Made by a program: the position numbers and the translations under genes. From assembly GCA_963837955.1 (NCBI GenBank), contig CAWIPH010000001.1:320001-384000 (forward strand): 64,000 nucleotides of DNA, read 5' to 3'. The notes under the pieces were generated by a model. It saw nothing but the letters and a program-made list of their open reading frames with translations. It was not told the DNA's origin and did not search any database. Source of the stretch: an uncultured Verrucomicrobiae bacterium (GTDB lineage Bacteria; Verrucomicrobiota; Verrucomicrobiia; Chthoniobacterales; JAFAMB01). Shown one piece after another: positions 1 to 10,884 of the stretch (positions are counted from its first letter, which is position 1; each line of letters starts with the position of its first letter).

Positions 1-276
1 TGCCAGCTTCTCCGGATCGATCTCTGGAAGATTTAGCCGTCCGAAATTGCAGAATACTGGGTCAACAGCTTTCACGATCGGGAACCGTTTAAGCGCATTC
101 GGTATGGGCATGGGCGGCAGTCACTCCCGATTCAGTTTTGCCTTTGGCCGACATCTAGCATGGTTAGGAGGAACCACTGTAGTAGCTTACACAAAAAAAG
201 ACACGGTCCGACTGGGAAACTATACTTATACCAGTGATACCAGTACTGTCCTGTCAGGTAATATTTCGATTTCCTT

Positions 277-975
277 CTAAAGAAAGTCACCCTGATAAAT
301 TGAAAGCGACCATGTTTCGAACTCCTTCGCCCGTTCCTTGAAGTCTGGCTGTTCGTGCCTATCCATCAGATATACTTTCGCGTTTGGCAGAATGACAACG
401 CGAAACCCTCGGCGATGGGCTAGCAGCGTATATATAGAGTCTGCGCCATAATGCGGCAGATGTCCGGCATTGGGTAATCCGATCTCGCGGCAGAGCTGCG
501 ATGGCATACCGACACAATAGCCAGACAGTCCATGTACGTCGGTTATAGTAGATAATGAAGAAGGAACTGAAGATCGGTATCGGAAACCTGTTCTAACTGG
601 CTCCGGCTCACCTTCAAGGAAGCAGATCGCTCCACTGATGCTTCGCGGAGTTTCTGCAGAAAATCCTGCATGACAGAAAAACATTCAGGTTCCGGAAGAC
701 AATCATCATTGAGCCAGAAAAGATATTCGGCGTTCATTTCAAGCGCATTGCATGCCGGCGCAAATACCGCCAGTCCAATAGAGTTCTCCGTTGCCAAAGA
801 CCAGCTTGACCTCGGGAAAATCTGCGGCGATGGCTTCGGCCGTTCCATCTTTGGATCCGTCGTCGACCACGATAATTCCGGTCTCTGTAGGCAACCCATT
901 TGTATGCAGGTGATGTAAGCAGCGCAGTGTCACCGCTTTTCGATTATGGACGGGAACGATCACGTAGCCCTTCAT
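277..975 (-). pseudogene. Glycosyltransferase family 2, split by at least 2 frameshifts (true 3' end may lie further left)
   Basis: Three overlapping ORFs join into one GT2: 739-975 (VIVPVHNRK..VVDDGSKDGT..GNGELYW), 543-899 (YLFWLNDD) and 277-684 (PHYGAD). Frameshifts near 745 and 655; may be assembly indels. Confidence 0.75.
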
Positions 976-1239
976 TAATCGCAGAGATTTCCCGTTTCAT
1001 TATCGCTTAAGCCTCTTAGACCGCGGCACGACCCCTATGACGGCGCGGAATCATCAAAAGGACCGCGACGAAGAAACGGACGAATCCGATCTTCTGATGA
1101 AAAGCATCACGCGGAGCCACTCTCCTGATAGAAACTACGTATTTGTAGCTCTTTTGGAAAGGCCCTTAACTAGACAGCCGCATAGTTAGCCCTAAAGCCA
1201 TCACGCTCGCCAGGTTTGATGTTTCCGGTTTCCTGAACT

Positions 1240-2802
1240 TCACTGGTCCAGTGTTGAAACAGCTTTTGGTGGTCCATCCACGCTCAAAGCGCAAAAACAA
1301 CCAGCCAAAAGTGCAAAGAAAATATTAACGGGAAACACTCCCAGATGGCTGCCGAAGAGCATCCCGCTGAATAGGGTAGCAATCAAGACACTCAAACATC
1401 CCAGCATCATCTTGCGCCGGGCCGGATCGCGCTGTCCGAAGATCGCGCGATGGGCGATTACTAAACCTAAACCAGTTACACCGAGAAAAAAGCCTAAGCC
1501 CTACGAAACCGTAACTCACCAGAATTTGACCGATCTGATCGTGGGCTCCATTTTCGTGCGACTGTTCCATCAAATCTTCCTGAACCTCGCTGCGATTGCC
1601 AAACCAAGTGTGAAATTCCGGGATTAGTTAGGACGTTCCGGAAGCTCACTAGCCGATCGCTGAAAGTACCCAGTCGAAATGCTTGCGCTTCAACATCACT
1701 ATCTTGCGGCAGATAGGCTTCGATCTGGTCGAGCGACCGCAAAAGCACATCGGAATTGATCATGAGAGTCGCGAAACCGATCAGCGCTACCCCGTACAGC
1801 ACGATTGTGCCCACTTTGGTGCGACAACAAGCCCATACCAGAATCGCCAGCGCCAGCAAAGCCCAGGCAGCCCGGATGAACGTGGCTAGGCATGCTATCG
1901 CAAACAAAACTGAGACAAAAATCTGCCATCGTGCCCATTTCCCTCGCTTGAGGGGAGTCAGAGCGGCGAGCCCTGAGAGCATTGCGGTGACCACCCCCAA
2001 AGCGTGCGGCGAATTCAATGTTGCGAAAGGTCGGAGCCGAATGTCATCCAACAAGCCAACTTCCATGGTGAAGCCGCTCTTCAGATAGTCGATTTCGAAA
2101 TCGGTCAACCCAAAGAACTGTTGCCAGACACCGTAAAGGGCGACTGGGACATAGACCCAGAGGCAAAAAATCAGCAGCCGCTGCACCGGAATCGTATCCG
2201 GGAAAAGAAGACAAACCACCAGGGTCAGCGGCAGATAGGCGCCCGAGTTAGCAAAGTCTTTCAGCGCAAACAGGACACCGCCCCCGCGGAAGAATGCCTG
2301 CACAAAGACCCCCACCATCGTGGTGACAATCACCGCTCCTAGCCAAATTTGCCACGGCTTGAGCCAAGTCCGGTTCATGACGTTGCGGTAAACCACCCCA
2401 ACACACACGCAAACGAATAACAGAGGAGCGACCGCTAAAGTGATGACTACATCGAGGCCGGAAAGCGCGTCTGACAGAACCCCCAGCCGCTTAATCAGAT
2501 CGAGGTAGCCGGAGGTGAGAATCAAAAAACAGACGCCGGCCGTTGGATTGCAGGCCGCCACGATAAACATGACTCCCGCGGTTAAGAGTGATTGTCGTCG
2601 TAATGGGGTTCAGGGCGCTCGTCACGAACCAGCCAACGAAAAGGGCGAGCAAGCACCCTACTGCCGGGGCGATAAAGCGGACGCCAATCTGACCCGCAGT
2701 GAGTGGATGCGTGCTGACAGGTCTTAACTTAACGGGTTCTATCGAGTTCACTACAGGCGACAAACAAATAGAATTTCTTCGGGCCTGTTTTGACACACCC
2801 AT
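1240..2802 (-). pseudogene. O-antigen ligase/polymerase-like polytopic membrane protein, frameshifted (boundaries approximate)
   Basis: Core ORF 1494-2570 has many TM segments and motifs RPFATLNSPH and GTFSDR. The N-terminus continues in ORF 2491-2802 and the C-terminus in 1325-1573 (AHDQIGQILVSYGFVGL). Confidence 0.6.
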
Positions 2803-2835
2803 GAGACGAATGCAATGACTCAGATTTTTTCAGGC

Positions 2836-3057
2836 TTCTTCCCGGGGTTAAAACGCTGGGCGGGGAGGGATCGCAGCCCGACTCCGCAAGGCCTACGTCG
2901 CGGCCAGTCCCAGCGCTTTTGCTCAAACTCATCCAGGGCGCGCCGTAGTTTACGAAGGCGGCCTGTCCGACATAGCTTTTGATACATCACGCTCAACGAC
3001 CGTGTACTTCTGCGACGTCGGATCCTCGCGATCCGCGGCGCCCCCCCGGGGCAAAGA
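2836..3057. repeat. Interrupted REP-like element related to 29028-29112
   Basis: TTCCCGGGGTTAAAAC..GGGAGGGATCGC and TCCTCGCGATCCGCGGCGC..GGCAAAGA match the reverse complement of 29028-29112, but are separated by ~145 extra bp. Confidence 0.6.
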
Positions 3058-3075
3058 ACAGGACCAGGGAAAATC

Positions 3076-4203
3076 CTACCGCTGATCGATCGGCACAAAT
3101 TTTCGGCCGACCGGCTCGCCAACGTATTCGCTCAACGGGCGATACAAACGGTTGTCGGCCAATTGCTCGAGAATATGGGCGGTCCAACCCGCGGTTCGGG
3201 AGATGGCAAAGATTGGGGTGAACAGGTCAGTCGGTATTCCGAGCGAGTAATAGAAAGTGGCCGAGTAGAAATCGACATTGGCGTAGAGACCTTTCTTCTC
3301 CCTCATGAGAGCGGCAATCCGTTCGGACATTTCGATCCATTTCGGTTCGCCTAACTCTGCGCTCAATTCGATTGCCTTCTGGCGGAGAATAGGGGCTCGT
3401 GGGTCCAAGACTTTGTAGACTCGATGACCGATTCCCATGATCTTTTTCTTTTCGGCCAGCGTCTTTTCTACATAGGCGTCGACTTTATCGGGTGACCCGA
3501 TCTCCTGGAGCATGTGGATCACGCCTTCGTTGGCGCCTCCGTGCAGAGGGCCCTTCAGAGTGGCGATCGCTGCGGTCAGCGCGGAATACATGTCGGTGAG
3601 CGTCGAGATGGTCACCCGAGCACTAAATGTGGACGCGTTCATGCCGTGTTCCGCATGCAGAACGTAAGCAAGATCGAGCGTCTCCGCTTTTTTTACGGAA
3701 GGCTCCTGATCGTCCAGCAGGTAAAGAAAATGAGCCGCCTCACCCAAATCACTACGAACCGGCGGTAGTTTCAGTCCGTTTCGGGCTCGATGAAAATAGG
3801 CGATGATCACGCCGACCTTAGCCAGCACGCTCACCGCGCGGCGCCGGTTTGCATCCAAGCTATCGTCCACGGCCAGAGTCGGATCGTGCAAGCCCAACAT
3901 AGAAACCGCAGTCCGCAACACATCGATTGGTAGAGCCGTTTTCGGGGTCGATTGGAGGAATTGGATAACCTGTTCGGGCAGTTGCCGTTCCGCTGCCAAA
4001 GCTCGTTTCAGCTCGGCTAATTCCGTGGGGTTAGGGAGCCGGTTGTCCCAAAGGAGATAGACGACTTCCTCAAAAGAGGCTTTTCCAGCGAGCTCGTTAA
4101 TATCGAAGCCGCAATAAATCAGCTGCCCCTCTTGGCCACGCACGTCTCCGAGACGAGTCTCGTTTGCGACCACCCCTTCCAACCCTTTTGCGAAATCAGA
4201 CAT
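3076..4203 (-). CDS. gltA: Citrate synthase
   Basis: GLEGVVA N-terminus, HAEHGMNASTF, GPLHGGANE, MGIGHRVYK, NVDFYS motifs. Confidence 0.95.
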   Translation of the reverse strand: MSDFAKGLEGVVANETRLGDVRGQEGQLIYCGFDINELAGKASFEEVVYLLWDNRLPNPTELAELKRALAAERQLPEQVIQFLQSTPKTALPIDVLRTAVSMLGLHDPTLAVDDSLDANRRRAVSVLAKVGVIIAYFHRARNGLKLPPVRSDLGEAAHFLYLLDDQEPSVKKAETLDLAYVLHAEHGMNASTFSARVTISTLTDMYSALTAAIATLKGPLHGGANEGVIHMLQEIGSPDKVDAYVEKTLAEKKKIMGIGHRVYKVLDPRAPILRQKAIELSAELGEPKWIEMSERIAALMREKKGLYANVDFYSATFYYSLGIPTDLFTPIFAISRTAGWTAHILEQLADNRLYRPLSEYVGEPVGRKFVPIDQR

Positions 4204-4206
4204 AAA

Positions 4207-5082
4207 TTACCCTTTGGCTATCTTGATTAATGTCTCGCCGATCGTAGCCGGAGTATCCGCAATAGCGATGCCCGCCGCACGCAATGCCTCGATCTTTCCC
4301 GCCGCCGTGCCCTTTCCGCCCGCGACAATCGCTCCGGCATGACCCATGCGTCGCCCGGGAGGAGCGGTTACGCCAGCGATAAAAGCGCACACCGGCTTTT
4401 TCAAGTTAGTCTTGATCCAGGCCGCTGCTTCTTCCTCCGCCGTACCACCGATTTCTCCGATCAGGATCAACGATTCTGTCTCCCGATCTTCGGCGAACAT
4501 TTTCACGGCGTCCAGATGAGAAGTTCCATTGATCGGGTCTCCGCCAATTCCGATGCAGGTCGATTGACCGTACCCTCGTTGAGTCAATTGCCAGACCGCT
4601 TCGTAAGTCAGCGTGCCCGAACGAGAAATAACGCCGACACTTCCTCTCTTATGAATATACCCTGGCATGATCCCGATCTTGCACTCTCCTGGTGTGATAA
4701 TTCCAGGACAGTTCGGACCAATGAGCCGGCTGGAACTCTCAGCCAGTGCCGCCTTGACCCGCATCATGTCGATAACCGGGATACCCTCGGTAATACAAAC
4801 AATTAGCTCCACCCCGGCATCCGCTGCCTCCAGAATGGCATCGGCCGCGAATGGAGCAGGCACGAAGATCATCGTCGCATTGCATCCGGTCTGTTTCCGG
4901 GCCTCGCTCACGGTGTCGTAGATCGGGATTTTACCGTCAAACGCTTGCCCGCCTTTCCCCGGAGTGACGCCAGCTACGACGTGGGTGCCGTACTCCAGGC
5001 AGCCACGGGCATGGAATGCGCCCGAACTGCCGGTGATGCCTTGAACCAGAAGCCGCGTGTTCTTGTTAACCAGGATAGACAT
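4207..5082 (-). CDS. sucD: Succinyl-CoA synthetase alpha subunit
   Basis: [28 protein letters not shown] motifs. Confidence 0.97.
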   Translation of the reverse strand: MSILVNKNTRLLVQGITGSSGAFHARGCLEYGTHVVAGVTPGKGGQAFDGKIPIYDTVSEARKQTGCNATMIFVPAPFAADAILEAADAGVELIVCITEGIPVIDMMRVKAALAESSSRLIGPNCPGIITPGECKIGIMPGYIHKRGSVGVISRSGTLTYEAVWQLTQRGYGQSTCIGIGGDPINGTSHLDAVKMFAEDRETESLILIGEIGGTAEEEAAAWIKTNLKKPVCAFIAGVTAPPGRRMGHAGAIVAGGKGTAAGKIEALRAAGIAIADTPATIGETLIKIAKG

Positions 5083-5090
5083 GGAAAGAG

Positions 5091-5465
5091 CTAGAGGTGC
5101 GCGTGACGCTTATGAATCGTAATCTTGTTGCCGTCCGGGTCGGCGATAACCGCCATCCGGCAAACGGGAGTTTCCATCGTTTCAACGTCGAAAGGGATGT
5201 TTTTCGCCTTGAGCTCGGCGATAGCCGAATCGAACTCCACGACTTCCAGGGCGACGTTCGGTCCGTCCGGTGAAGGGTTCCACTGACCGGGTGGCATCTT
5301 GGCAACAGCCAAGGTGTTTGCTCCGAGATCGTATTCGATCCAGGAGTACGATTCGTGGATAAACTCGCGGCTCGGCTGCAGACCCAAAACGCCTTCGTAA
5401 AATCCGCGGGAGCGTTCGACGTCAGTGACCGGATAAGCGACAAAGGCGATTTCGGCTACTTTCAT
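5091..5465 (-). CDS. VOC/glyoxalase family protein
   Basis: [17 protein letters not shown] and [10 protein letters not shown] signatures. Confidence 0.88.
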   Translation of the reverse strand: MKVAEIAFVAYPVTDVERSRGFYEGVLGLQPSREFIHESYSWIEYDLGANTLAVAKMPPGQWNPSPDGPNVALEVVEFDSAIAELKAKNIPFDVETMETPVCRMAVIADPDGNKITIHKRHAHL

Positions 5466-5553
5466 TTCGATGGATACTATTCAGAATGTGCCGAAGACGT
5501 CAGCGACGAAGTTCTTATTCTAAATTCTAAATTCTGCCTTCTAAATTCGACGC

Positions 5554-6741
5554 TTAGTGTCCCTTGGCTGCAGCCACTACCAGTTGAGCCGCTTCCGCCA
5601 GATTGGAGGCAGCTCGGATCGGCAATTTCGATTCCTGGAGCAGTTTCTTGCCTTGATCGACGTTCGTACCTTCCAATCGCACCACGAGCGGTACGGGCAA
5701 TGAAACCGCTTTGACCGCATTAATGATCCCTTGGGCGATCACATCACATTTCATGATTCCCCCGAAAATATTCACCAAGATCGCTCGCACGTTCTTGTCG
5801 GAAACGAGAATCTTGAACGCTTCAGTCACCTGGGCCTCACTCGCTCCACCTCCTACATCCAGGAAGTTAGCTGGTTCTCCTCCCGCGTACTTAATGATAT
5901 CCATCGTGGCCATAGCCAGCCCGGCGCCATTCACCAGGCAAGCGATGTTGCCGTCCAGCCCGATGTAATTGAGATTGAATTTCGACGCCTCGACTTCGCG
6001 CTGATCTTCTTCCGCTATATCGCGCATCTCCACGATCTCGGGATGCCGGTATAAGGCGTTATCGTCAAAGTTGAATTTCGCGTCGAGCGCATAGACCTCG
6101 CCATTTTTGGTCAATACTAGCGGATTGATCTCCACCATCGAGCAGTCCAGCGAGATGAAGAGCTTATAAAGGTTGCCGAACAGCTTGGCAGCAGCCTTGA
6201 GGTGATCTCCGGTGAACTCGAGTTGCCGGGCCAATTTCAGACATTGGAATGGTTGCAGACCGAGCAGCGGATGCACCTTCTCGCGCATGATTCTATCCGG
6301 ATGTTTTTCAGCGATCGTTTCGATTTCCACGCCGCCTTCAGTGCTCGCGACTACGACCGGAGTGCTCGTCGCTCGATCGATCAGGATTGCAAAATAAACT
6401 TCTCGCTGGATTTCTACCGACTCGGCAACCAACACCTTGCGCACCACGCGCCCGTCCGGGCCGGTTTGGTGGGTGATCAGCGTATAACCCAACATGTTCC
6501 GCGCCAGCTCTCGCGCTTCGGCCGGCGTCGAGCAGAGATGGACCCCACCCTTGAATCCGTGCTTGAACGTTCCTTTGCCCCGGCCGCCCGCATGAATCTG
6601 GGCCTTAACCACCAGGTGGGAAGTCTTCAGATTGCTTGCCACCTTTTCCGCTTCCTCGGGCGTTTCAGCAGGTGCCCCGGGCGGCGTAGCGATGCCGAAA
6701 CGTTGGAAAAGCGATTTAGCCTGGTATTCGTGAATATTCAT
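5554..6741 (-). CDS. sucC: Succinyl-CoA synthetase beta subunit
   Basis: [40 protein letters not shown]. Confidence 0.97.
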   Translation of the reverse strand: MNIHEYQAKSLFQRFGIATPPGAPAETPEEAEKVASNLKTSHLVVKAQIHAGGRGKGTFKHGFKGGVHLCSTPAEARELARNMLGYTLITHQTGPDGRVVRKVLVAESVEIQREVYFAILIDRATSTPVVVASTEGGVEIETIAEKHPDRIMREKVHPLLGLQPFQCLKLARQLEFTGDHLKAAAKLFGNLYKLFISLDCSMVEINPLVLTKNGEVYALDAKFNFDDNALYRHPEIVEMRDIAEEDQREVEASKFNLNYIGLDGNIACLVNGAGLAMATMDIIKYAGGEPANFLDVGGGASEAQVTEAFKILVSDKNVRAILVNIFGGIMKCDVIAQGIINAVKAVSLPVPLVVRLEGTNVDQGKKLLQESKLPIRAASNLAEAAQLVVAAAKGH

Positions 6742-6847
6742 GTACAGGGAGGCATGCTGTCCGCTCGGGAAGGAACAGGTCCGTACATAGGTCTAGCCGA
6801 GAATGCCGTCAACCAGGAAGCTTTTCCGCAGAAGAACAGAGAAGGAA

Positions 6848-7128
6848 TGATCCGCAGATTTCGCAGAGCGGCATAGCCGCGACCACAGAAGGTATTATCC
6901 GCAGATTTCACAGATTACACAGATTTGGGGTTTGGGCCTGGGTCCGGCGCGTGGATCTTCACTTCGTCCTCGTGCTGGTAGTCGTCCATTTCCCGATTGA
7001 AGGGCCACCCCTCCAATTAATGATTGAGAGTTGGCTTTCAACCGAAAACAGGCCGACACGAGTACGAGGACGAAGTGAAAATCCACGCCTCGGACCCAAA
7101 TCCTAAATCTGTGTAATCTGCGGATGAT
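6848..7128. repeat. Inverted 9-mer tract element (CGCAGATTT/CACAGATTA units)
   Basis: ATCCGCAGATTTCACAGATTACACAGATTT (~6897) is inverted at AATCTGTGTAATCTGCGGAT (~7107). Confidence 0.75.
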
Positions 7129-7238
7129 TCCTTCGGGTTCTTTCTGCGGATTTATTCGTGGAATTCCAGGTCTTGTTCCCGGATTCTGCTTCGTACCTTT
7201 GTGGCTTTTTGTGAGATCAGCGATGGGTATATTCTTCG

Positions 7239-7640
7239 ATGTTAATCGAGCTACCCGGACTACCTGAACGGATCAGGGCGCTTGGTTTTGATGAGTCGCA
7301 GTTTGAGGAGTCGTTCGCTCGATCAGCTGGCCCCGGTGGTCAAAACGTAAATAAAGTCTCGACCGCTGTGACGCTTCGCCATCTTCCGACCGGTACCAGC
7401 GTCACCGTACGTGAGTCGCGTTCTCAGCATCAAAACCGGCGGATTGCAGCCCTCCGGTTGGTTGCGCTTCTTGAGCGGAGAATTGCCGACCAGCGAGCCC
7501 AACGCAGAGCTGCGAGAGAAAAGCTTCGGAGACAAAACTCCCCGCGACCGCCTGCGTTAAAGCGCCGGCTACGCGAAGCAAAAGCAAAACGCGCTGTTAC
7601 CAAACAGAATCGGAGAAATCTCAGCGAGGCGGGAGACTGA
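7239..7640 (+). CDS. arfB: Peptidyl-tRNA hydrolase / release-factor-like ribosome rescue protein (ArfB-like)
   Basis: RSAGPGGQNVNKV GGQ motif, RSQHQNR, basic C-terminal tail. Confidence 0.8.
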   Translation: MLIELPGLPERIRALGFDESQFEESFARSAGPGGQNVNKVSTAVTLRHLPTGTSVTVRESRSQHQNRRIAALRLVALLERRIADQRAQRRAAREKLRRQNSPRPPALKRRLREAKAKRAVTKQNRRNLSEAGD

Positions 7641-7660
7641 ACCTGGATGAATACCCCCGA

Positions 7661-7763
7661 CGGGTAGGGCGATACACACGTTGAGCGAAAGCGAGATAAG
7701 TGTGTGAGCCATGAGACATGCCAAACAACGAGGCGGCGAAGGCTCACAGGCTGGACGCCTACC
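7661..7763. repeat. GTAG-type REP element
   Basis: GGTAGGGCG..GTGTGAGCC...GGCTCACA..CGCCTACC; similar to 56645-56722. Confidence 0.7.
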
Positions 7764-8433
7764 GATTCTGGGCGGATGCCGCCGGCACAATCGCAATCAG
7801 ATCGTTTTCGACTGATAGGACTGCTCCCGGTAACAGAGTTCTTATTCGTTTCTCAAAATCCGGGAGACTCGGATATCCATCCTCCGATCCAAAAGAGCGC
7901 GCATCGTCGATTAGCATGACGAATCGAACTGGGCATCGCTCAGCGATTGCTTGAACTTCGTCGCAGACAGGGGTGCTCGCGTCCCCTTGAGCTGTGATCC
8001 CGCTGGAAAAATGGCCATCCAGCCAAAAGAGTGTCGGTTGGCGAAGTTCCTTTAACAGTTCAGGGAGCACTGTGGAGCTATCTCCCTCATGCACGTGGAT
8101 GTGCGGCAAATGCTTGAAACGCTCTTTGGCTAAGCCGCAGAGGGTCGGGCTCAGTTCAATAGTATGAATTTCTGCGAACCGGTTTCGAAGAGCCCAAGGC
8201 GTATCACCCAGGAAGGTACCGGTTTCTACCAACGCACCCAGACCATGCAGCCGGGCGTAACGAACCAGAATTGGGTGTTTCAGCAAATTGGGTAGCGGCG
8301 ACTCCCAGCCGGTCCGTTGCCAGCGCGGAAGCGTTTGAAAAGCGAAGCGAGCGCGCAGCACCGCGTTAAAAGCCCACGGTGCAACCGCTACTAGCGCATT
8401 CCGAACGCGTATTCGGCTGGGCGTCCAATTCAT
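7759..8433 (-). CDS. SAM-dependent methyltransferase-like protein
   Basis: [30 protein letters not shown] motifs. Confidence 0.7.
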   Translation of the reverse strand: MNWTPSRIRVRNALVAVAPWAFNAVLRARFAFQTLPRWQRTGWESPLPNLLKHPILVRYARLHGLGALVETGTFLGDTPWALRNRFAEIHTIELSPTLCGLAKERFKHLPHIHVHEGDSSTVLPELLKELRQPTLFWLDGHFSSGITAQGDASTPVCDEVQAIAERCPVRFVMLIDDARSFGSEDGYPSLPDFEKRIRTLLPGAVLSVENDLIAIVPAASAQNR

Positions 8434-9042
8434 TCCACGGACTTCTGCGAGCGGTCGTGCGTGAGCATGCGCTCGACGTACTTAGCGATTAGATCGAACT
8501 CGAGATTCACCCGCATTCCCGGCTCGAGGCGGTGCAGATTGGTCACCTGCCAGGTGTGCGGAATGATCCAGAGCACAAAGCTATTGGCGTTCAGTTCAGC
8601 GATGGTGAGACTAATGCCATCTACGGCAATTGAGCCCTTAAATACAACGTACTGCCGAAAAGCGGATGGAAGCTCGATCTCGACCCGATGATCGGCTCCT
8701 TTCTGTTCAAGCAGAAAGCACAGCCGCCGTCGCATCGATATGGCCTTGAACCAAATGCCCATCGAAACGGCTATTGGCAGCCATTGGGCGCTCCAGGTTC
8801 ACAACGTCACCTGGTCGTAGATCGCCCAAGTTTGTCCGGCGTAAAGTCTCTCCGAGCAGATCAAACTGTAACCGCGATCGCGTGACATCCGCCACGGTGA
8901 GACAACAGCCGTTCACGGCCAGGCTGGCGCCCTCGCGAAGCTCGTCAGAAAAAGGGGTTTCTATCTCCAGCCGAAAGCCGCCCCCTTCTTTCTTAATCAG
9001 CGCGTCCAGTTTTCCCGTGGCCTCCACGATTCCGGTAAACAT
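8430..9042 (-). CDS. ribE: Riboflavin synthase alpha chain, with one apparent frameshift at ~8712
   Basis: MFTGIVE...[10 protein letters not shown] in one frame; [24 protein letters not shown] in the next. Confidence 0.9.
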
Positions 9043-9118
9043 CCATGAATCCTAGGAAGGGAGCACAAGGAGTGCAAGAGGAACGCCGATTGGTGATCGG
9101 TCATCGCGTCAGGGGTCG

Positions 9119-9499
9119 GTACGCCGAAGGCGTTAGAGGACTCAGCCCGGGGTGGAGGCTTTGCGCAACCCCGGGTACCTAAAAAATGCGCGTCCGCTCT
9201 GACGTGTCCCGCCGTAGGCCTTGCGAAGGAGGAAAGAGCGAAAGAAGTTTTCTACGGAGCTCGGTGACGGCAGCGACAATCCGTAGAGGCCGAGCCTGGG
9301 TAAGAGGATTTAGAAGGGGCGTTTATGCCCTCGATGGGAGCCGGTAATTGAGCGCCGTTCTGCCAAAGGATTTCTTGCGCTCTTTCCTCCTTCGCAAGGC
9401 CTACGGCGGGACACGTCAGAGCGGACGCGCATTTTTTAGGTACCCGGGGTTACGCAAAGCCTCCACCCCGGGCTGAGTCCTTTAACGCCTTGGGCGTAT
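9119..9499. repeat. Long inverted repeat (REP doublet / MITE-like), arms ~125 bp
   Basis: 9120-9246 and ~9373-9498 are near-perfect reverse complements. Confidence 0.9.
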
Positions 9500-9622
9500 C
9501 TGGTGTATCCGACGAGACCGGCTGGGGTTGCCTATTGGGTGACGCCGGGCGGTTTTTGTTATGACGATCGACAACGCAACGCCATACCCCGGCGTCCAGC
9601 TCCCCGCTTACGGCTTACCGAT

Positions 9623-9688
9623 CGGCGTTCTCCAACTTCGCTCCGTCGTTTGAAACTCCGGCATGCTTCGTCGGACAAGCCGGCGTTC
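9623..9688 (+). repeat. 66-bp dispersed repeat, copy 1
   Basis: CGGCGTTCTCCAACTTCGCTCCGTCGTTTGAAACTCCGGCATGCTTCGTCGGACAAGCCGGCGTTC; also at 13525 and 25799 (reverse). Confidence 0.9.
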
Positions 9689-9748
9689 CCGTGCGTTGTC
9701 GGCGTTCTCCGGCCTGCGGCGTTACATTTTGCTTCCGAACGAAATTTG

Positions 9749-10693
9749 ATGGAACATAATCCGCCCATGGAAACAGTTGTAATTATTGGTACGGGGTGCG
9801 CAGGGTTGACCGCTGCTATTTATGCGGCGCGAGCCAACCTCACCCCCCTCGTTCTCGAAGGACGAGAGCCCGGAGGCCAATTGACTACGACCACTCTGGT
9901 CGAGAATTTTCCCGGTTTTCCAGATGGAGTCGACGGACCGCAGCTGATCATGAATATGCATAAGCAAGCGGAGAAATTCGGCGCCAGGTTCCGGTACGCC
10001 GAAGTCGAGGATTTTGAACCTAACAAGCATCACCACCGGTTGAAGGTCGACGGAGAATGGATCGACACCAAAACCGTTATCGTCGCAAGCGGCGCTTCGG
10101 CTAAATGGTTGGACTTGGGTGACGAAAAAAAGCTCAAAGGGCACGGACTGACTTCCTGCGCCACCTGCGATGGAGCTTTCTATCGCAACGTCCCGGTCTG
10201 CGTCGTCGGGGGCGGCGATACGGCTTGCGAGGAAGCCGTCTTTTTAACGAAATTCGCTTCGATCGTTTACTTGATCCATCGGCGGGGGTCGCTCCGAGCG
10301 ACTCCGATTATGGCAGATCGCGCCCTGCAAAATCCGAAGATCCAACCGATTTGGAATACTCTTATTAGCGGGTACCGGACTGATGCAGCTGGAGAAATGG
10401 TAGGCGTCGAGATGACCAACGTCGAGACCGGCGAGTTGAGCTCATTGGGAGTGAAATGCGTTTTTATTGCAATCGGGCATACGCCAAATACGGCTCCGTT
10501 CCGCGGTAAGCTTAAAATGGACGGCAATGGCTATCTGATCCACCATGGAGGATCTCGGACGAATGTGCCTGGTATTTTTGCAGCGGGCGACGTGGTTGAT
10601 CCTCACTACCGCCAGGCGGTTACCGCGGCGGGTCAAGGTTGCATGGCGGCGATGGATGCCGAGCGCTATCTGAGCGACCAAGAAGCGGGTTAA
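9749..10693 (+). CDS. trxB: Thioredoxin reductase
   Basis: VIIGTGCAG, GGQLTTT, CATCDG, FAAGDV. Start moved to ATG 9749 (alternative 9767) because the upstream ORF extension runs through a repeat. Confidence 0.96.
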   Translation: MEHNPPMETVVIIGTGCAGLTAAIYAARANLTPLVLEGREPGGQLTTTTLVENFPGFPDGVDGPQLIMNMHKQAEKFGARFRYAEVEDFEPNKHHHRLKVDGEWIDTKTVIVASGASAKWLDLGDEKKLKGHGLTSCATCDGAFYRNVPVCVVGGGDTACEEAVFLTKFASIVYLIHRRGSLRATPIMADRALQNPKIQPIWNTLISGYRTDAAGEMVGVEMTNVETGELSSLGVKCVFIAIGHTPNTAPFRGKLKMDGNGYLIHHGGSRTNVPGIFAAGDVVDPHYRQAVTAAGQGCMAAMDAERYLSDQEAG

Positions 10694-10884
10694 TGCTCTG
10701 TATTACGGAAATCTGATATGCGGCGCTGAGAGATTGTGATCTGAGGCAAGACGCGAACGACGAGCATATCGAGAGGAGTACGTAGGAGTGAGCAACCCAG
10801 CCCCAGAGCACGAGAACCAGCGACAAAAGGGTTGTGGCGGTTTGCGTCCGCTGGCGGAGGATGAGAGTTGATTTCAACTAACTG

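Noticed and set aside
8700..8725. Programmed frameshift in riboflavin synthase
   Set aside because: No slippery heptamer or homopolymer at the junction; a 1-nt error is simpler.
9503..9748. Long N-terminal extension of TrxB
   Set aside because: It translates the dispersed 66-bp repeat; the same peptide (SPTSLRRLKLR..KPAF) appears in spurious ORFs at 13399 and 25775.
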